Shown piece after piece: positions 26,576 through 35,232 of a stretch of 64,000 bases of DNA. The position numbers and the translations under genes were made by a program. Every line of letters begins with the position of its first letter. Within the stretch, counting starts at the first letter, position 1. Origin of the DNA: a virus; the IMG/VR virus record IMGVR_UViG_3300025418_000011; one strand, 5' to 3'. Under the pieces are notes generated by a model. The model searched no databases. It was not told where the DNA came from and saw nothing but the letters and a program-made list of their open reading frames with translations.

Positions 26576-27772
26576 ATGCCCAACGAACTCACAAATTTTC
26601 AACAAGAATTAAATAATCCCGCTACTGACGGAAATTCGGAGCTATATAGGGCGGTATCCCCTCTTTTAAATTTACAGAATATTCCAGAAGCTAAGAATAA
26701 GTTTGATGCCGAAAGAATCAACAAGTTAAAAGATGATGTGCGTAGAGGCATGGTAGGCCTTGAGTACCTCACAGGACTTAAAAGCAATAAGGCAGAGACT
26801 TTTTATGACAAACATCCAGCGCAGGCAACTATTTCTGATTTATTAGCTAGTTCTGGAGCATTAGGTACTGCCACCGCTTTAGGCGTACCGGCAGCAAATG
26901 GGATTAACCAGGCCCGCCAGCTTAAAAAATTAATCAGCGCGTATGACAGCCGTCGCTCTGACCCCGCGCAGAGCATGCTTAACAAACTTAGCCCGATGGA
27001 AGGAAAGCATCCGGGTAGAGTTACGGACCCTCACGTTTTGCAGATGTTTGGTTCGTTAAATCCAGAAGATGTGATCTCTGCAGGAGCCGGAGAACATGAT
27101 CCTATAACAAAAAGACTTAAGTTTATGGACATGGTTTCTGGAGGAAAGTCAGGTTATGAGGCGCAATACAATGCATTAACCTCTCCTGAAGAAAAAAAGA
27201 ACTTTTTAAAAAACTTAGTAGGTACAAAAGAGCACAATATTTTGGGAGAGTACGCCGAAATTCATAAAGGGCTCAGGGATGGAGGAAAAAATCTCAAAGC
27301 CCCTATCTTTTCTGGAGTTGGTGATAAGCTTAGAGAGAGGGTACTCACATCAGAACTAGCAAACAAGAATAAGCATGTTTACAATTTTTTAAATGAGTTA
27401 TTGCCCTCAAAACACCAACCTATTAGAGATTTTGTTAATTCCGTGATTGGCAATCTTCCCGAAGAACACAAAAGCCCGGCACTTATAAACGCCATATTTG
27501 AGGATGCCTTGAATAAACAGCAAGGTGAGGCAGGTTTACTTGGAGAGGACTTAGTTAGGAATCAATTCGGACGCTCCAGAGCAGCTAAATTAATCCGTAG
27601 ACTTGGTCCCGGTGCTGTTGTTGGAGGTGGAATAGCTGCTGGCGGTCTTGGTTTACATGCCGCACTTAAAGGTCTACAGAACCAAGTTTACGGTAAAGAG
27701 AAAATCAAAGAGTGGAAAAGGAACCTGCTTCGCTCTAAGGGACAATTCGAAGAGGCTAACCGCATAAAATAA
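26576..27772 (+). CDS. glycine-zipper-containing putative internal protein
   Basis: SGALGTATALG and GAVVGGGIAAGGLG segments. Confidence 0.6.
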   Translation: MPNELTNFQQELNNPATDGNSELYRAVSPLLNLQNIPEAKNKFDAERINKLKDDVRRGMVGLEYLTGLKSNKAETFYDKHPAQATISDLLASSGALGTATALGVPAANGINQARQLKKLISAYDSRRSDPAQSMLNKLSPMEGKHPGRVTDPHVLQMFGSLNPEDVISAGAGEHDPITKRLKFMDMVSGGKSGYEAQYNALTSPEEKKNFLKNLVGTKEHNILGEYAEIHKGLRDGGKNLKAPIFSGVGDKLRERVLTSELANKNKHVYNFLNELLPSKHQPIRDFVNSVIGNLPEEHKSPALINAIFEDALNKQQGEAGLLGEDLVRNQFGRSRAAKLIRRLGPGAVVGGGIAAGGLGLHAALKGLQNQVYGKEKIKEWKRNLLRSKGQFEEANRIK

Positions 27773-29202
27773 TGATTAAATTTAATTCTACTTCTGATTG
27801 GAACTTTGATGTTCCTCCTGTAAATATTGTTAATGAATCTGCTGATTTAAAAAAATTAGCAGCTGTTCAGGATGAACTTAAAGTTGAAAAAACGGCCAAT
27901 CAGACAGATGTGCATGTTATTGCTCTGGGAGCTTATGAAGGCATAGGGCAAAACAGAAATGGAGATCTTTTTAAAGAGGCTGAGTGCTTAAAGCATTATA
28001 GAACATTTATTAAATCCGGCAGTAAGGATAAGGATGGTAAATATGACGGAAGGGCTATAAATCGCCACCATAAAAATAAGCCCCACGATCCTAAATACGG
28101 AAATATAAAAGCCGCAGCATATAATCCTGACATGAAAAGGATTGAGCTTATTGTGGGGCTGGACAACGATAAGTGCGCTGAAGAAATTCAAAAACTTTCA
28201 GAGGGGCAGCAAATCAATGTGTCTATGGCGGCTAAAGTAGCTAGTGATATTTGCACTTGGTGCGGACATGAAGCCAAAGATGATCGTGGGCGTTGTGAGC
28301 ATATCCCTAGACAAATAGGCGAGCTTAACAAACGTGGTGAAATGTGCGGAATGGACAACGTTAATCCCCATTGGTTTGAATTATCCATTGTAGGGAGACC
28401 CGCGGACAGAATAGGTATGTCTCTTAAATTAGCCTCTGAGTATGCTCCTAAGCTTACCGCAGATTATTTAAAGATATATACAGATTTTTCAATACCTTCT
28501 GACGCTCAAGATTTCCTTATATCTAAAAAGGCAAGTGATAAACGTCATCTTGTTGGTAAGTTAGCCGAGATGGAGAAACATATAGAAGGAATTGCCACAA
28601 AGGGCCCAAAGGATTCTTCTGAAAAATACATTGCTCATGAGGCGTCAAAAATAAATCATGCTGATGGAATTTCTGACGAAACGATAGATGAGCTTCGTAA
28701 GCAAGAACCAGGTAAACTACTAAAGGTACTCGCAGAGCACGGGATAATTTTTTCGCCCACTGACTTTGTAAAGTATCTTTTTGGAGATCATCTTAAAGAC
28801 AGCAAAATCATAGATAAGATGAAAAAGCGTCTTCCTTCTGGTTTTTCTGCTATGGAGAAAGATGACGATGTTGAAAACAAGATAGTTAATAATGAAAAAT
28901 TTGACCCCCAGGAAATGGGGATTATTCCAAGAGAAATAAAAGATCTTGTCAGCGGTCTTTTCAACGGGCATTCTTTATTCGATCAGCCTGCACACGGAAG
29001 AGTGATGCGCATCACAATCATCAAGAGAATTCCTGGTGATTTAAAGCCCTCGCCTCATTCTGAAGAGGTTGAAAAAAATGCAGCTGCTGACGAATTAGCT
29101 CATCAATACTTGAGCTATAAATTAGCGGCATTGCGTTATATGGATGAGTGCGGTAAATTAGACGATCAAACGATTTTAAATGCACTCATTCAAAATCGTT
29201 AA
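27772..29202 (+). CDS. prohead maturation serine protease (HK97/assemblin-like) with Zn-ribbon insertion
   Basis: NRNGD, RAINRHH, NVSM (Ser), CTWCGH...RCEH insert, FELSIVGRPAD; upstream of scaffold and MCP genes. Confidence 0.85.
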   Translation: MIKFNSTSDWNFDVPPVNIVNESADLKKLAAVQDELKVEKTANQTDVHVIALGAYEGIGQNRNGDLFKEAECLKHYRTFIKSGSKDKDGKYDGRAINRHHKNKPHDPKYGNIKAAAYNPDMKRIELIVGLDNDKCAEEIQKLSEGQQINVSMAAKVASDICTWCGHEAKDDRGRCEHIPRQIGELNKRGEMCGMDNVNPHWFELSIVGRPADRIGMSLKLASEYAPKLTADYLKIYTDFSIPSDAQDFLISKKASDKRHLVGKLAEMEKHIEGIATKGPKDSSEKYIAHEASKINHADGISDETIDELRKQEPGKLLKVLAEHGIIFSPTDFVKYLFGDHLKDSKIIDKMKKRLPSGFSAMEKDDDVENKIVNNEKFDPQEMGIIPREIKDLVSGLFNGHSLFDQPAHGRVMRITIIKRIPGDLKPSPHSEEVEKNAAADELAHQYLSYKLAALRYMDECGKLDDQTILNALIQNR

Positions 29203-29209
29203 AAAAAAC

Positions 29210-29238
29210 TTGGAACATAAATAAATATCAGATAGTAT
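29210..29238 (+). promoter_or_regulatory. putative promoter
   Basis: TTGGAA-17 nt-TAGTAT. Confidence 0.4.
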
Positions 29239-29264
29239 ATAAAACAATCCTTACAGAAAAACAT

Positions 29265-30269
29265 ATGAACGAAAATTTTTTAATTGGCTTTGTTAAGGCC
29301 GCTAAAGACGCAGGAATGGACGACGCTAAAATTCAAGAATTGCTTGCTCAGCATGGCGGAGAAGAGGCGCATGAAGCTGCTCCCCATCATGAAGGTGGAA
29401 TTCCTCACGAGGAAGAACTTGAAGAGATGCTTTCCCAACTCTCTCCTGAAGAGTTAGAACATCTCCTTGCTGAAGTCGCGCAAGAACAGCAGGGCACTGG
29501 TCATTCTGAAGAGGCCGAACAAATTCCTAATGTTGCTGCAGGGATCGAACAGCAGCTTTCTCAGCACCCAGAAGTTGCTGAGCAATTAGCCCCGCATCCA
29601 GGAGCTGATGAAGCCACGCTCGGCAAGCAGAGCGCTATTAATTTTATCAAGTCCGCCAGCTACGTTGAGGGATTTTTAACACAAGCCGTTGGTCGTGGTA
29701 TTGGGCTGAAGGAAGCTGTAGAGCTCTATGACTCAGCTTTCACCACCACATTCAATCAACTGAAGCAAAGTGAGCTCGTCGGCGGTCAGAAGAAGCTTGA
29801 CGTAAATCATAATGGTAAGATTGATGCAGAGGACCTCAAAAAGCTCCGCGAGCACAAGGCTTCTCCCGCGGGTGAAAATAAGTCTATGGATTCGGAAGAA
29901 AAGAAGGCCGAAAAAGAGTGTGAATGTGGCGGAACTTGCGATGAATGCAAATCCAAGAAGGAAAAAGAAAAGCAAGAAGAAAAGACCGCCGCTTATTATG
30001 AAGGAGTTTTAGAACGTGCTCGCGAATACGGTTTATCCGACGCCGAGGCACTTCAGGTTGTAAAAGAAGCTATGGAAAAAGAGAGCGGTTTAGCTGAGAC
30101 CGCGGGTTCGGCTGTTACAAATACCCTGAGACGCGGAGCCACTGCTCTCAAAGATGTATACAGCGATACTAAAGACCTTGTGAAGAAACACCCCAAGAAA
30201 GCTATCGGCTTAGGTGCTGCTAGTGTTGGCGGGGCGGGAATCGTTGCAGGTAGAGAAAGTAAGGAATAA
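29265..30269 (+). CDS. acidic scaffold/core-like head protein
   Basis: Very E-rich, many KxA/KxS motifs, C-terminal Gly-rich tail. Confidence 0.65.
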   Translation: MNENFLIGFVKAAKDAGMDDAKIQELLAQHGGEEAHEAAPHHEGGIPHEEELEEMLSQLSPEELEHLLAEVAQEQQGTGHSEEAEQIPNVAAGIEQQLSQHPEVAEQLAPHPGADEATLGKQSAINFIKSASYVEGFLTQAVGRGIGLKEAVELYDSAFTTTFNQLKQSELVGGQKKLDVNHNGKIDAEDLKKLREHKASPAGENKSMDSEEKKAEKECECGGTCDECKSKKEKEKQEEKTAAYYEGVLERAREYGLSDAEALQVVKEAMEKESGLAETAGSAVTNTLRRGATALKDVYSDTKDLVKKHPKKAIGLGAASVGGAGIVAGRESKE

Positions 30270-30332
30270 TTAGCTATTTACAAACAACTAAAACTAAACT
30301 AAAATAAAAAAACAATAGGAGAACATAACATT

Positions 30333-31238
30333 ATGGGCAAATTAACAAAACACGCCGAAGTATTAACCCAGCTCCACTCGCTGGTTAAGAAGCAAGCCGA
30401 GGAAGCACAGAAGTCTGTTACTGGCGAACCCGCCTCCCAGAATCCTCATTCCGTTAAAGAAGAGCACGAGACCGTTAACAAAAACAACGTGGGTCCCGAA
30501 AATCTTCCTCAGAGCTATCATCAGGCTCCTAGCCAAGACGAGTCCAAGCCCACCGCCAAGACCGCTGAAACTCTCGGCACTGAAATTTTAAATCTCATCC
30601 GTAAGCATGCTGATGCTCAGGACACCGTTGTTGGTGAGCCGGGCAAGGACACGCATCCTGAGTCCGTTGAGGAGAAGCACGAGACAGAGAACAAGAACGA
30701 AGTGGGAGCAGACAAGCTCGAGCAGACCACTGCCAAGCAGGAGGAAAGCTCCGATAAGGCCGAGCCCGCTGCTGAAGTCAAGAAGGCCTCTGAAGAGGTC
30801 GAGACCCTTGCTAGCAAGGTAGCTTCTTATGAACTCGGTCGCCAGTTCTGCGCCGCTCTTCTTAAAACAGCCTCCACCACCGTAAAGGCTGATGGTGAGC
30901 TCATGAAAGAAGCTGGTCGCAGAGATTTTGATCTTCTTATCGCTCAGGCTGCGCAGGAACTCGAGACCGAGACTGCCGCAGATAGCGAGAAGCAGGCTGA
31001 GGCTGCTGGTGCCGCTTATTTTGAAGAAATCTTAAAGCAGGCTGCTCTCGAAGAGGCCACCAAGGAGAACGAGGCCCTCAAGGCCAAGGTCGCTGAGCTT
31101 TCTCAGTTTGCCGAGACTGTTCTCAGCAAGGAAGCCCAAGAGAAGCAAGCCGCTGAGTCTATCGAATTCCAGACCAAGCTCGCTGAGACGGTTGCTAACA
31201 TCGTTCTCGAGCGTCTTAAGTCTGAGGCCGCTAAGTAA
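30333..31238 (+). CDS. head scaffolding-like protein, highly expressed
   Basis: Helical E/A/K-rich, nine KxA motifs, internal duplication (EEHETVNKNNVG / EKHETENKNEVG), optimal codons, SD AGGAG. Confidence 0.7.
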   Translation: MGKLTKHAEVLTQLHSLVKKQAEEAQKSVTGEPASQNPHSVKEEHETVNKNNVGPENLPQSYHQAPSQDESKPTAKTAETLGTEILNLIRKHADAQDTVVGEPGKDTHPESVEEKHETENKNEVGADKLEQTTAKQEESSDKAEPAAEVKKASEEVETLASKVASYELGRQFCAALLKTASTTVKADGELMKEAGRRDFDLLIAQAAQELETETAADSEKQAEAAGAAYFEEILKQAALEEATKENEALKAKVAELSQFAETVLSKEAQEKQAAESIEFQTKLAETVANIVLERLKSEAAK

Positions 31239-31249
31239 TTAATCCTTTA

Positions 31250-31417
31250 ATGGAAAGCTCTACAGGAGTTCAATCCCCCTTAGAGCTAGAGGCCTTAAAA
31301 GCCTTGACTAAAATTACCGACGCAGACAAAAGAAAAGTTTTAGAATATATTGAAAGTTTAATCCTCCTAGAGAGAACTACCAAAAACAATGGACAAGGAA
31401 ACGCTCAACAAAATTGA
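31250..31417 (+). CDS. small hypothetical protein (55 aa)
   Basis: Hand-translated MESSTGVQSPLELEALKALTKITDADKRKVLEYIESLILLER... Confidence 0.45.
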   Translation: MESSTGVQSPLELEALKALTKITDADKRKVLEYIESLILLERTTKNNGQGNAQQN

Positions 31418-31781
31418 AGAATTTGTTAAAATAGCGCAAGCCGAAATTAGTGAGCTTAAGGCAGAGCTGTCCAAGGTAAACGAAAAAATCGCTTCTGAGA
31501 CCACGCAGTGTGATGAAGAGTTTAATCACGCCCTCAAACTTGCAGCTAATGCTCTTTATGAGTCTGACTTTATCAACGACGAATATGATAAGCGTCGTTT
31601 TGTTAAGAAGGCCAAAGAAGATCATAAGTATCTCGCCACGATCATTCAAAAGATTTGTGAAGCTTCTGATGTCTCCTCGTTTGGAGAAGTAGCTTCTGTT
31701 AAAACCGCAGGAGATAGCGTTGACCCTGTGATGCGTAAAGCTTTCGGTTATGATTCAAATTATAACCTTCTTGATGAGTAA
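31389..31781 (+). CDS. coiled-coil scaffold-like protein
   Basis: KIAQ, KIAS, KLAA, KTAG; C-terminal DPVMRKAFG. Confidence 0.7.
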   Translation: MDKETLNKIEEFVKIAQAEISELKAELSKVNEKIASETTQCDEEFNHALKLAANALYESDFINDEYDKRRFVKKAKEDHKYLATIIQKICEASDVSSFGEVASVKTAGDSVDPVMRKAFGYDSNYNLLDE

Positions 31782-31789
31782 AAATATAT

Positions 31790-31818
31790 TTGACTCTGTA
31801 ATAAAATTTTGTAATAAT
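31790..31818 (+). promoter_or_regulatory. promoter of capsid operon
   Basis: TTGACT-17 nt-AATAAT within GTAATAAT. Confidence 0.55.
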
Positions 31819-31831
31819 TAAATATACAAAA

Positions 31832-31886
31832 CTTCGGCAATGCGACTTGTGATACCCTGATCGGTACCAGTATGAGGTAGCAGAAG
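31832..31886 (+). promoter_or_regulatory. candidate structured 5' leader
   Basis: Irregular hairpin: CTTC/GAAG, TGC/GCA, ACTT/AGGT, ATAC/GTAT, TG/CA. Confidence 0.35.
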
Positions 31887-31929
31887 CGAAAACCAAAATT
31901 AAACAACAACAAACCAAAATCAAAAAATT

Positions 31930-32427
31930 ATGGCTATTAACTTCAAAAAAGGACCAGCTCTTAGCTTGGGACAAGCCGACAAGGTTGTCACGCTCGGAAC
32001 TAGTCAGACAGTAACCGCAGGCCAAGTAGTTCGCGTGGATCCCTCCACAGGCACCGCTCTTTTAGGTGTTTCTGGAACCCCCGCTAATGATCTCGTTGGC
32101 TTTTCATTAAACACGCTTAACAACAACGTAACTCCCAACACTGGTGATGGCGACGCCATCAATACCGGATCGATCGGAATTTATCTCCTCGATGGCGGCA
32201 CAGTGGTTGAGGTAGACAGCTCTGTAGCTGCCCTCACAATCAACAACTCAAACTATGCTGTTGGTGTACCCGTTTATGCTAACGCATCAGGATTAATCAC
32301 GACTTCTTCTTCCAGCGCCAAGCAGGTCGGAGTTGTTGAGGGTATCCGCAACCTCCCTAACACTGCTGCTGGTTCCGCTATCGGAACAACCACAGCGTTC
32401 CTCGGAATCAAATTAATCGCAGCCTAA
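31930..32427 (+). CDS. capsid decoration/cement protein
   Basis: Directly upstream of MCP; G/T/V-rich with YAVGVPVYANASGLIT and QVGVV pattern typical of beta-tulip cement proteins. Confidence 0.75.
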   Translation: MAINFKKGPALSLGQADKVVTLGTSQTVTAGQVVRVDPSTGTALLGVSGTPANDLVGFSLNTLNNNVTPNTGDGDAINTGSIGIYLLDGGTVVEVDSSVAALTINNSNYAVGVPVYANASGLITTSSSSAKQVGVVEGIRNLPNTAAGSAIGTTTAFLGIKLIAA

Positions 32428-32446
32428 TCAAGGAGTATATAATATT

Positions 32447-33403
32447 ATGGAAAAAATCGCTGATGTAAAAGTGTTCAACGACACATTCGTTGAGATGGTG
32501 AAGTCCGGACAGGAGAAGCAGGCTGCTGTTTCTGCTCAACAGTTCACCCGCAACAAGCTTCGTGAAGAAAGCTTCGCTGAAAAGATCCTCACCCCTATCG
32601 ATCTCAGCAATGATGAGCTCGATAAGGCCCAGGATCCCGAGCTCCTTGTTAAGTGGAACGATCGCGAGCCTGATACAGCCCCTGCTGTTTCCGTCCCGCT
32701 TGGTGTTGTTCCTGATGCCTTCCAGTTCAAGGGTACCCGTTATCCTTCGTACTTCAGCCGCATCCTCTCGCCTAAGTTCAGCAAGGACATCGATAAGCTT
32801 CGTACATACGACTACGACATCCGTGCTATCATGCTTGAGCTCAGCACCAAGGATATCGCTACGCAGATTGACACGAGCTTCATCAACACTATCAACAGCT
32901 CTGTTGGTACCCTCAACACAGCTAACTCACTGAACGGTCTCGGCCTTCCTCAGAACGTTAGCATCTCCGGCGGTATCACTCGTGAGTCTGTGGCTGAAGC
33001 CTTCAAGGTTATCAAGCGCCTCCAGGTTCCCTTTGGTGCCTCGCAGCCTGATGGTGGAGAGAGCAAGGGCGTTATGCTCATGAACACCGTTACTGCGGAC
33101 GACTTCGTTAAGATGGGTCGTTCTGAAGTTGGTGGTGACCTCGCCCAGGAAACGTTTATCAATGGTCTTCCCTCCAAGACTCTTCTTGGCGTGAAGCCCA
33201 TCTACACGATCAAGCGTGACTTGGTTCCTGATGGTACTATCTATCTCTTCTCTTCTGAGGAGTTCCTCGGTAAGTACTACAGACTCCAGCCGCTCACCGT
33301 GTTCATGAGAAACGAAGCCTACTTCCTCGAGTACTTCCAGTACATGAACATCTCGCTCGCCATTGGCAACGTCAAGGGCGCTGTTAAGATTCAGTTCTCC
33401 TGA
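32447..33403 (+). CDS. major capsid protein (HK97 fold)
   Basis: 318 aa, strongest codon bias, SD AAGGAG, strong terminator, position after protease/scaffold/cement genes. Confidence 0.88.
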   Translation: MEKIADVKVFNDTFVEMVKSGQEKQAAVSAQQFTRNKLREESFAEKILTPIDLSNDELDKAQDPELLVKWNDREPDTAPAVSVPLGVVPDAFQFKGTRYPSYFSRILSPKFSKDIDKLRTYDYDIRAIMLELSTKDIATQIDTSFINTINSSVGTLNTANSLNGLGLPQNVSISGGITRESVAEAFKVIKRLQVPFGASQPDGGESKGVMLMNTVTADDFVKMGRSEVGGDLAQETFINGLPSKTLLGVKPIYTIKRDLVPDGTIYLFSSEEFLGKYYRLQPLTVFMRNEAYFLEYFQYMNISLAIGNVKGAVKIQFS

Positions 33404-33428
33404 GCTTAATCTTAGAGTTGTAAATATG

Positions 33429-33460
33429 TTAGGGGGAGCTTCGGCTCCCCCTAATTTTTT
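33429..33460 (+). terminator. intrinsic terminator
   Basis: TTAGGGGGAGC-TTCG-GCTCCCCCTAA then TTTTTT. Confidence 0.95.
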
Positions 33461-33463
33461 GTA

Positions 33464-33492
33464 TTCACAACCTCAAACTATAAAGATATAAT
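33464..33492 (+). promoter_or_regulatory. sigma70-like promoter, probably leaderless
   Basis: TTCACA-17 nt-TATAAT, 6 nt before ATG 33499. Confidence 0.55.
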
Positions 33493-33498
33493 GTAACC

Positions 33499-33732
33499 AT
33501 GAGGGCAATAGATATTCTAGACAGTTTTTTAAAGTATGCTGAAACAGCTACTCCGGCAGGAACTCAAATGAGCGCCCCACAAAACAATTTAGTCACCCCA
33601 AATATAAATAATGGTCAGCCGTTTAAAAGAGCTCCTATCACTTCAGCTCCTGTTAATCCAGGCGGTAATACCACAATGTCTGGATCTGTGCCCAAACCAG
33701 CCACAAACTTGAATAACCCTAAAATTAAATAA
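33499..33732 (+). CDS. small disordered protein with N-terminal LKYAE motif
   Basis: Short helix then P/N/T-rich tail. Confidence 0.65.
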   Translation: MRAIDILDSFLKYAETATPAGTQMSAPQNNLVTPNINNGQPFKRAPITSAPVNPGGNTTMSGSVPKPATNLNNPKIK

Positions 33733-33737
33733 ATCAA

Positions 33738-34184
33738 ATGGCTAACCCGCTAATCACACCAGAAGAAATACGTTTGTTCATGATGGACAGAGCGGAACTA
33801 AATCCATTGCTTTTAGGTATTCGTTGGACTCAGGAAATGATCAATCAAGCAATGATTAATACAGTTGATTATTTCAATTTAATGCTTCCACCTATAGGAG
33901 TTTATTACACAATAGAAAAGTTTCCATTCAGAGGTTTATTGCTGTTAGGTACATCAGGTTATTTATTGAGGAGTGCAGCTATAAACGAGGCAGGTAATCA
34001 ATTCAGTTATGCTGCTGACGGTGTGCAAATTAACGACAAAGACAAGGCGCAAATATTTTTAGAGCTTGGAAATCAATTATGGACGGAGTTTAAGGAGTTA
34101 GCGCAAAACATAAGGATAAGCCAAAATATCGCTCAAGTTTACGGCACAAAGAACTCTGAATATATTTACAGGGATATAGGGTAA
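33738..34184 (+). CDS. head-tail adaptor (neck) protein
   Basis: Position after MCP; LITPEEIRLF...EMINQAMINTVDYFN helical pattern. Confidence 0.7.
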   Translation: MANPLITPEEIRLFMMDRAELNPLLLGIRWTQEMINQAMINTVDYFNLMLPPIGVYYTIEKFPFRGLLLLGTSGYLLRSAAINEAGNQFSYAADGVQINDKDKAQIFLELGNQLWTEFKELAQNIRISQNIAQVYGTKNSEYIYRDIG

Positions 34185-34186
34185 AT

Positions 34187-34426
34187 ATGAACGGCGACAA
34201 TAAATTTGCAGATGGCTTAAATAAGCTTGGAGAAGCTTTGGATGGTATAAATAACGGCAGACAGCCAGGAGCTTTAACAAGAGCAATATACGCAGCTGCA
34301 GCTAAAAAAAACCCAGCTATGGTTATTTTAAATGACTCTAGCTATTTAAATAATTTGACTTCGCCGGTAGGGATAATTGCTAGAGCTATTATGAGTAATG
34401 TATTTCCCATCAATAAAAACAAATGA
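34187..34426 (+). CDS. hypothetical protein (79 aa)
   Basis: Coupled ORF. Confidence 0.65.
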   Translation: MNGDNKFADGLNKLGEALDGINNGRQPGALTRAIYAAAAKKNPAMVILNDSSYLNNLTSPVGIIARAIMSNVFPINKNK

Positions 34427-35232
34427 ACGGCACTGAAGTTTTTTCTAAGATTTTCATGATTCCTGATTTTGTCAGAGGTCATTTTATTCAATGGGAACTT
34501 GATCCTTTTTTTAATGCTCCTCTGCCTTATAATTTTACACTGCAAGTAAGTCAGGCTTTAGATTTTAGTGAAATAGAATATCAAATTTCTGTAGGAGATA
34601 ATTTTTTTGCTGTTGATAATTCTAATCAAAAGCAGTCTTGGTCTTTAAATTATAATTATAGAATCTTATTAGTCACAGGAGACAATAAACAGTATTATTC
34701 AAATTCTATTATTTTTGGTCATACGAGTACAGAGCAGCGCAGATATGCGATGGCTAGTGAGATATTAAGGAAAGAATTTTTATTATCTCGTTTTGCCGGT
34801 CACGAGGCCTGGCTACTAAAGAAAAAGACTTACGGAGCAGTTTCTACTCCAACCGTAGACCCTGTTTCTGGTGTACCCATCGCGGACGAAAGAAATCAAG
34901 ATCTGGGTATAGGTATAGCTGGAGGATATTTTTCACCAGTTCCATGCACATACGTTATAGATACCGCCCAGCTAGATAAACAAATGGATCCTAGTGGTCT
35001 TGGCGTTAAGGAAACAGCAGATACCATAGCAAGATTTCCTGGATATCCTTCACTAGATGTAAGAGATGTGATATGTACGAACATAGACGGATTTAGATAC
35101 GATGTACTTTCAAAAGGTATTACTTATTTTCCAGGCACGGGTATTCCAGTTAGTCAGAAAGTAACATTGCGCCTTATCCCACCCACTGATACTATATATC
35201 AAATTCAAGTGCCTGTTGACCTATATGAGTAA
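34423..35232 (+). CDS. head-closure/neck protein
   Basis: Synteny in neck region; GGYFSP and RFPGYPSLDVRDVI beta-barrel-like pattern. Confidence 0.65.
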   Translation: MNGTEVFSKIFMIPDFVRGHFIQWELDPFFNAPLPYNFTLQVSQALDFSEIEYQISVGDNFFAVDNSNQKQSWSLNYNYRILLVTGDNKQYYSNSIIFGHTSTEQRRYAMASEILRKEFLLSRFAGHEAWLLKKKTYGAVSTPTVDPVSGVPIADERNQDLGIGIAGGYFSPVPCTYVIDTAQLDKQMDPSGLGVKETADTIARFPGYPSLDVRDVICTNIDGFRYDVLSKGITYFPGTGIPVSQKVTLRLIPPTDTIYQIQVPVDLYE

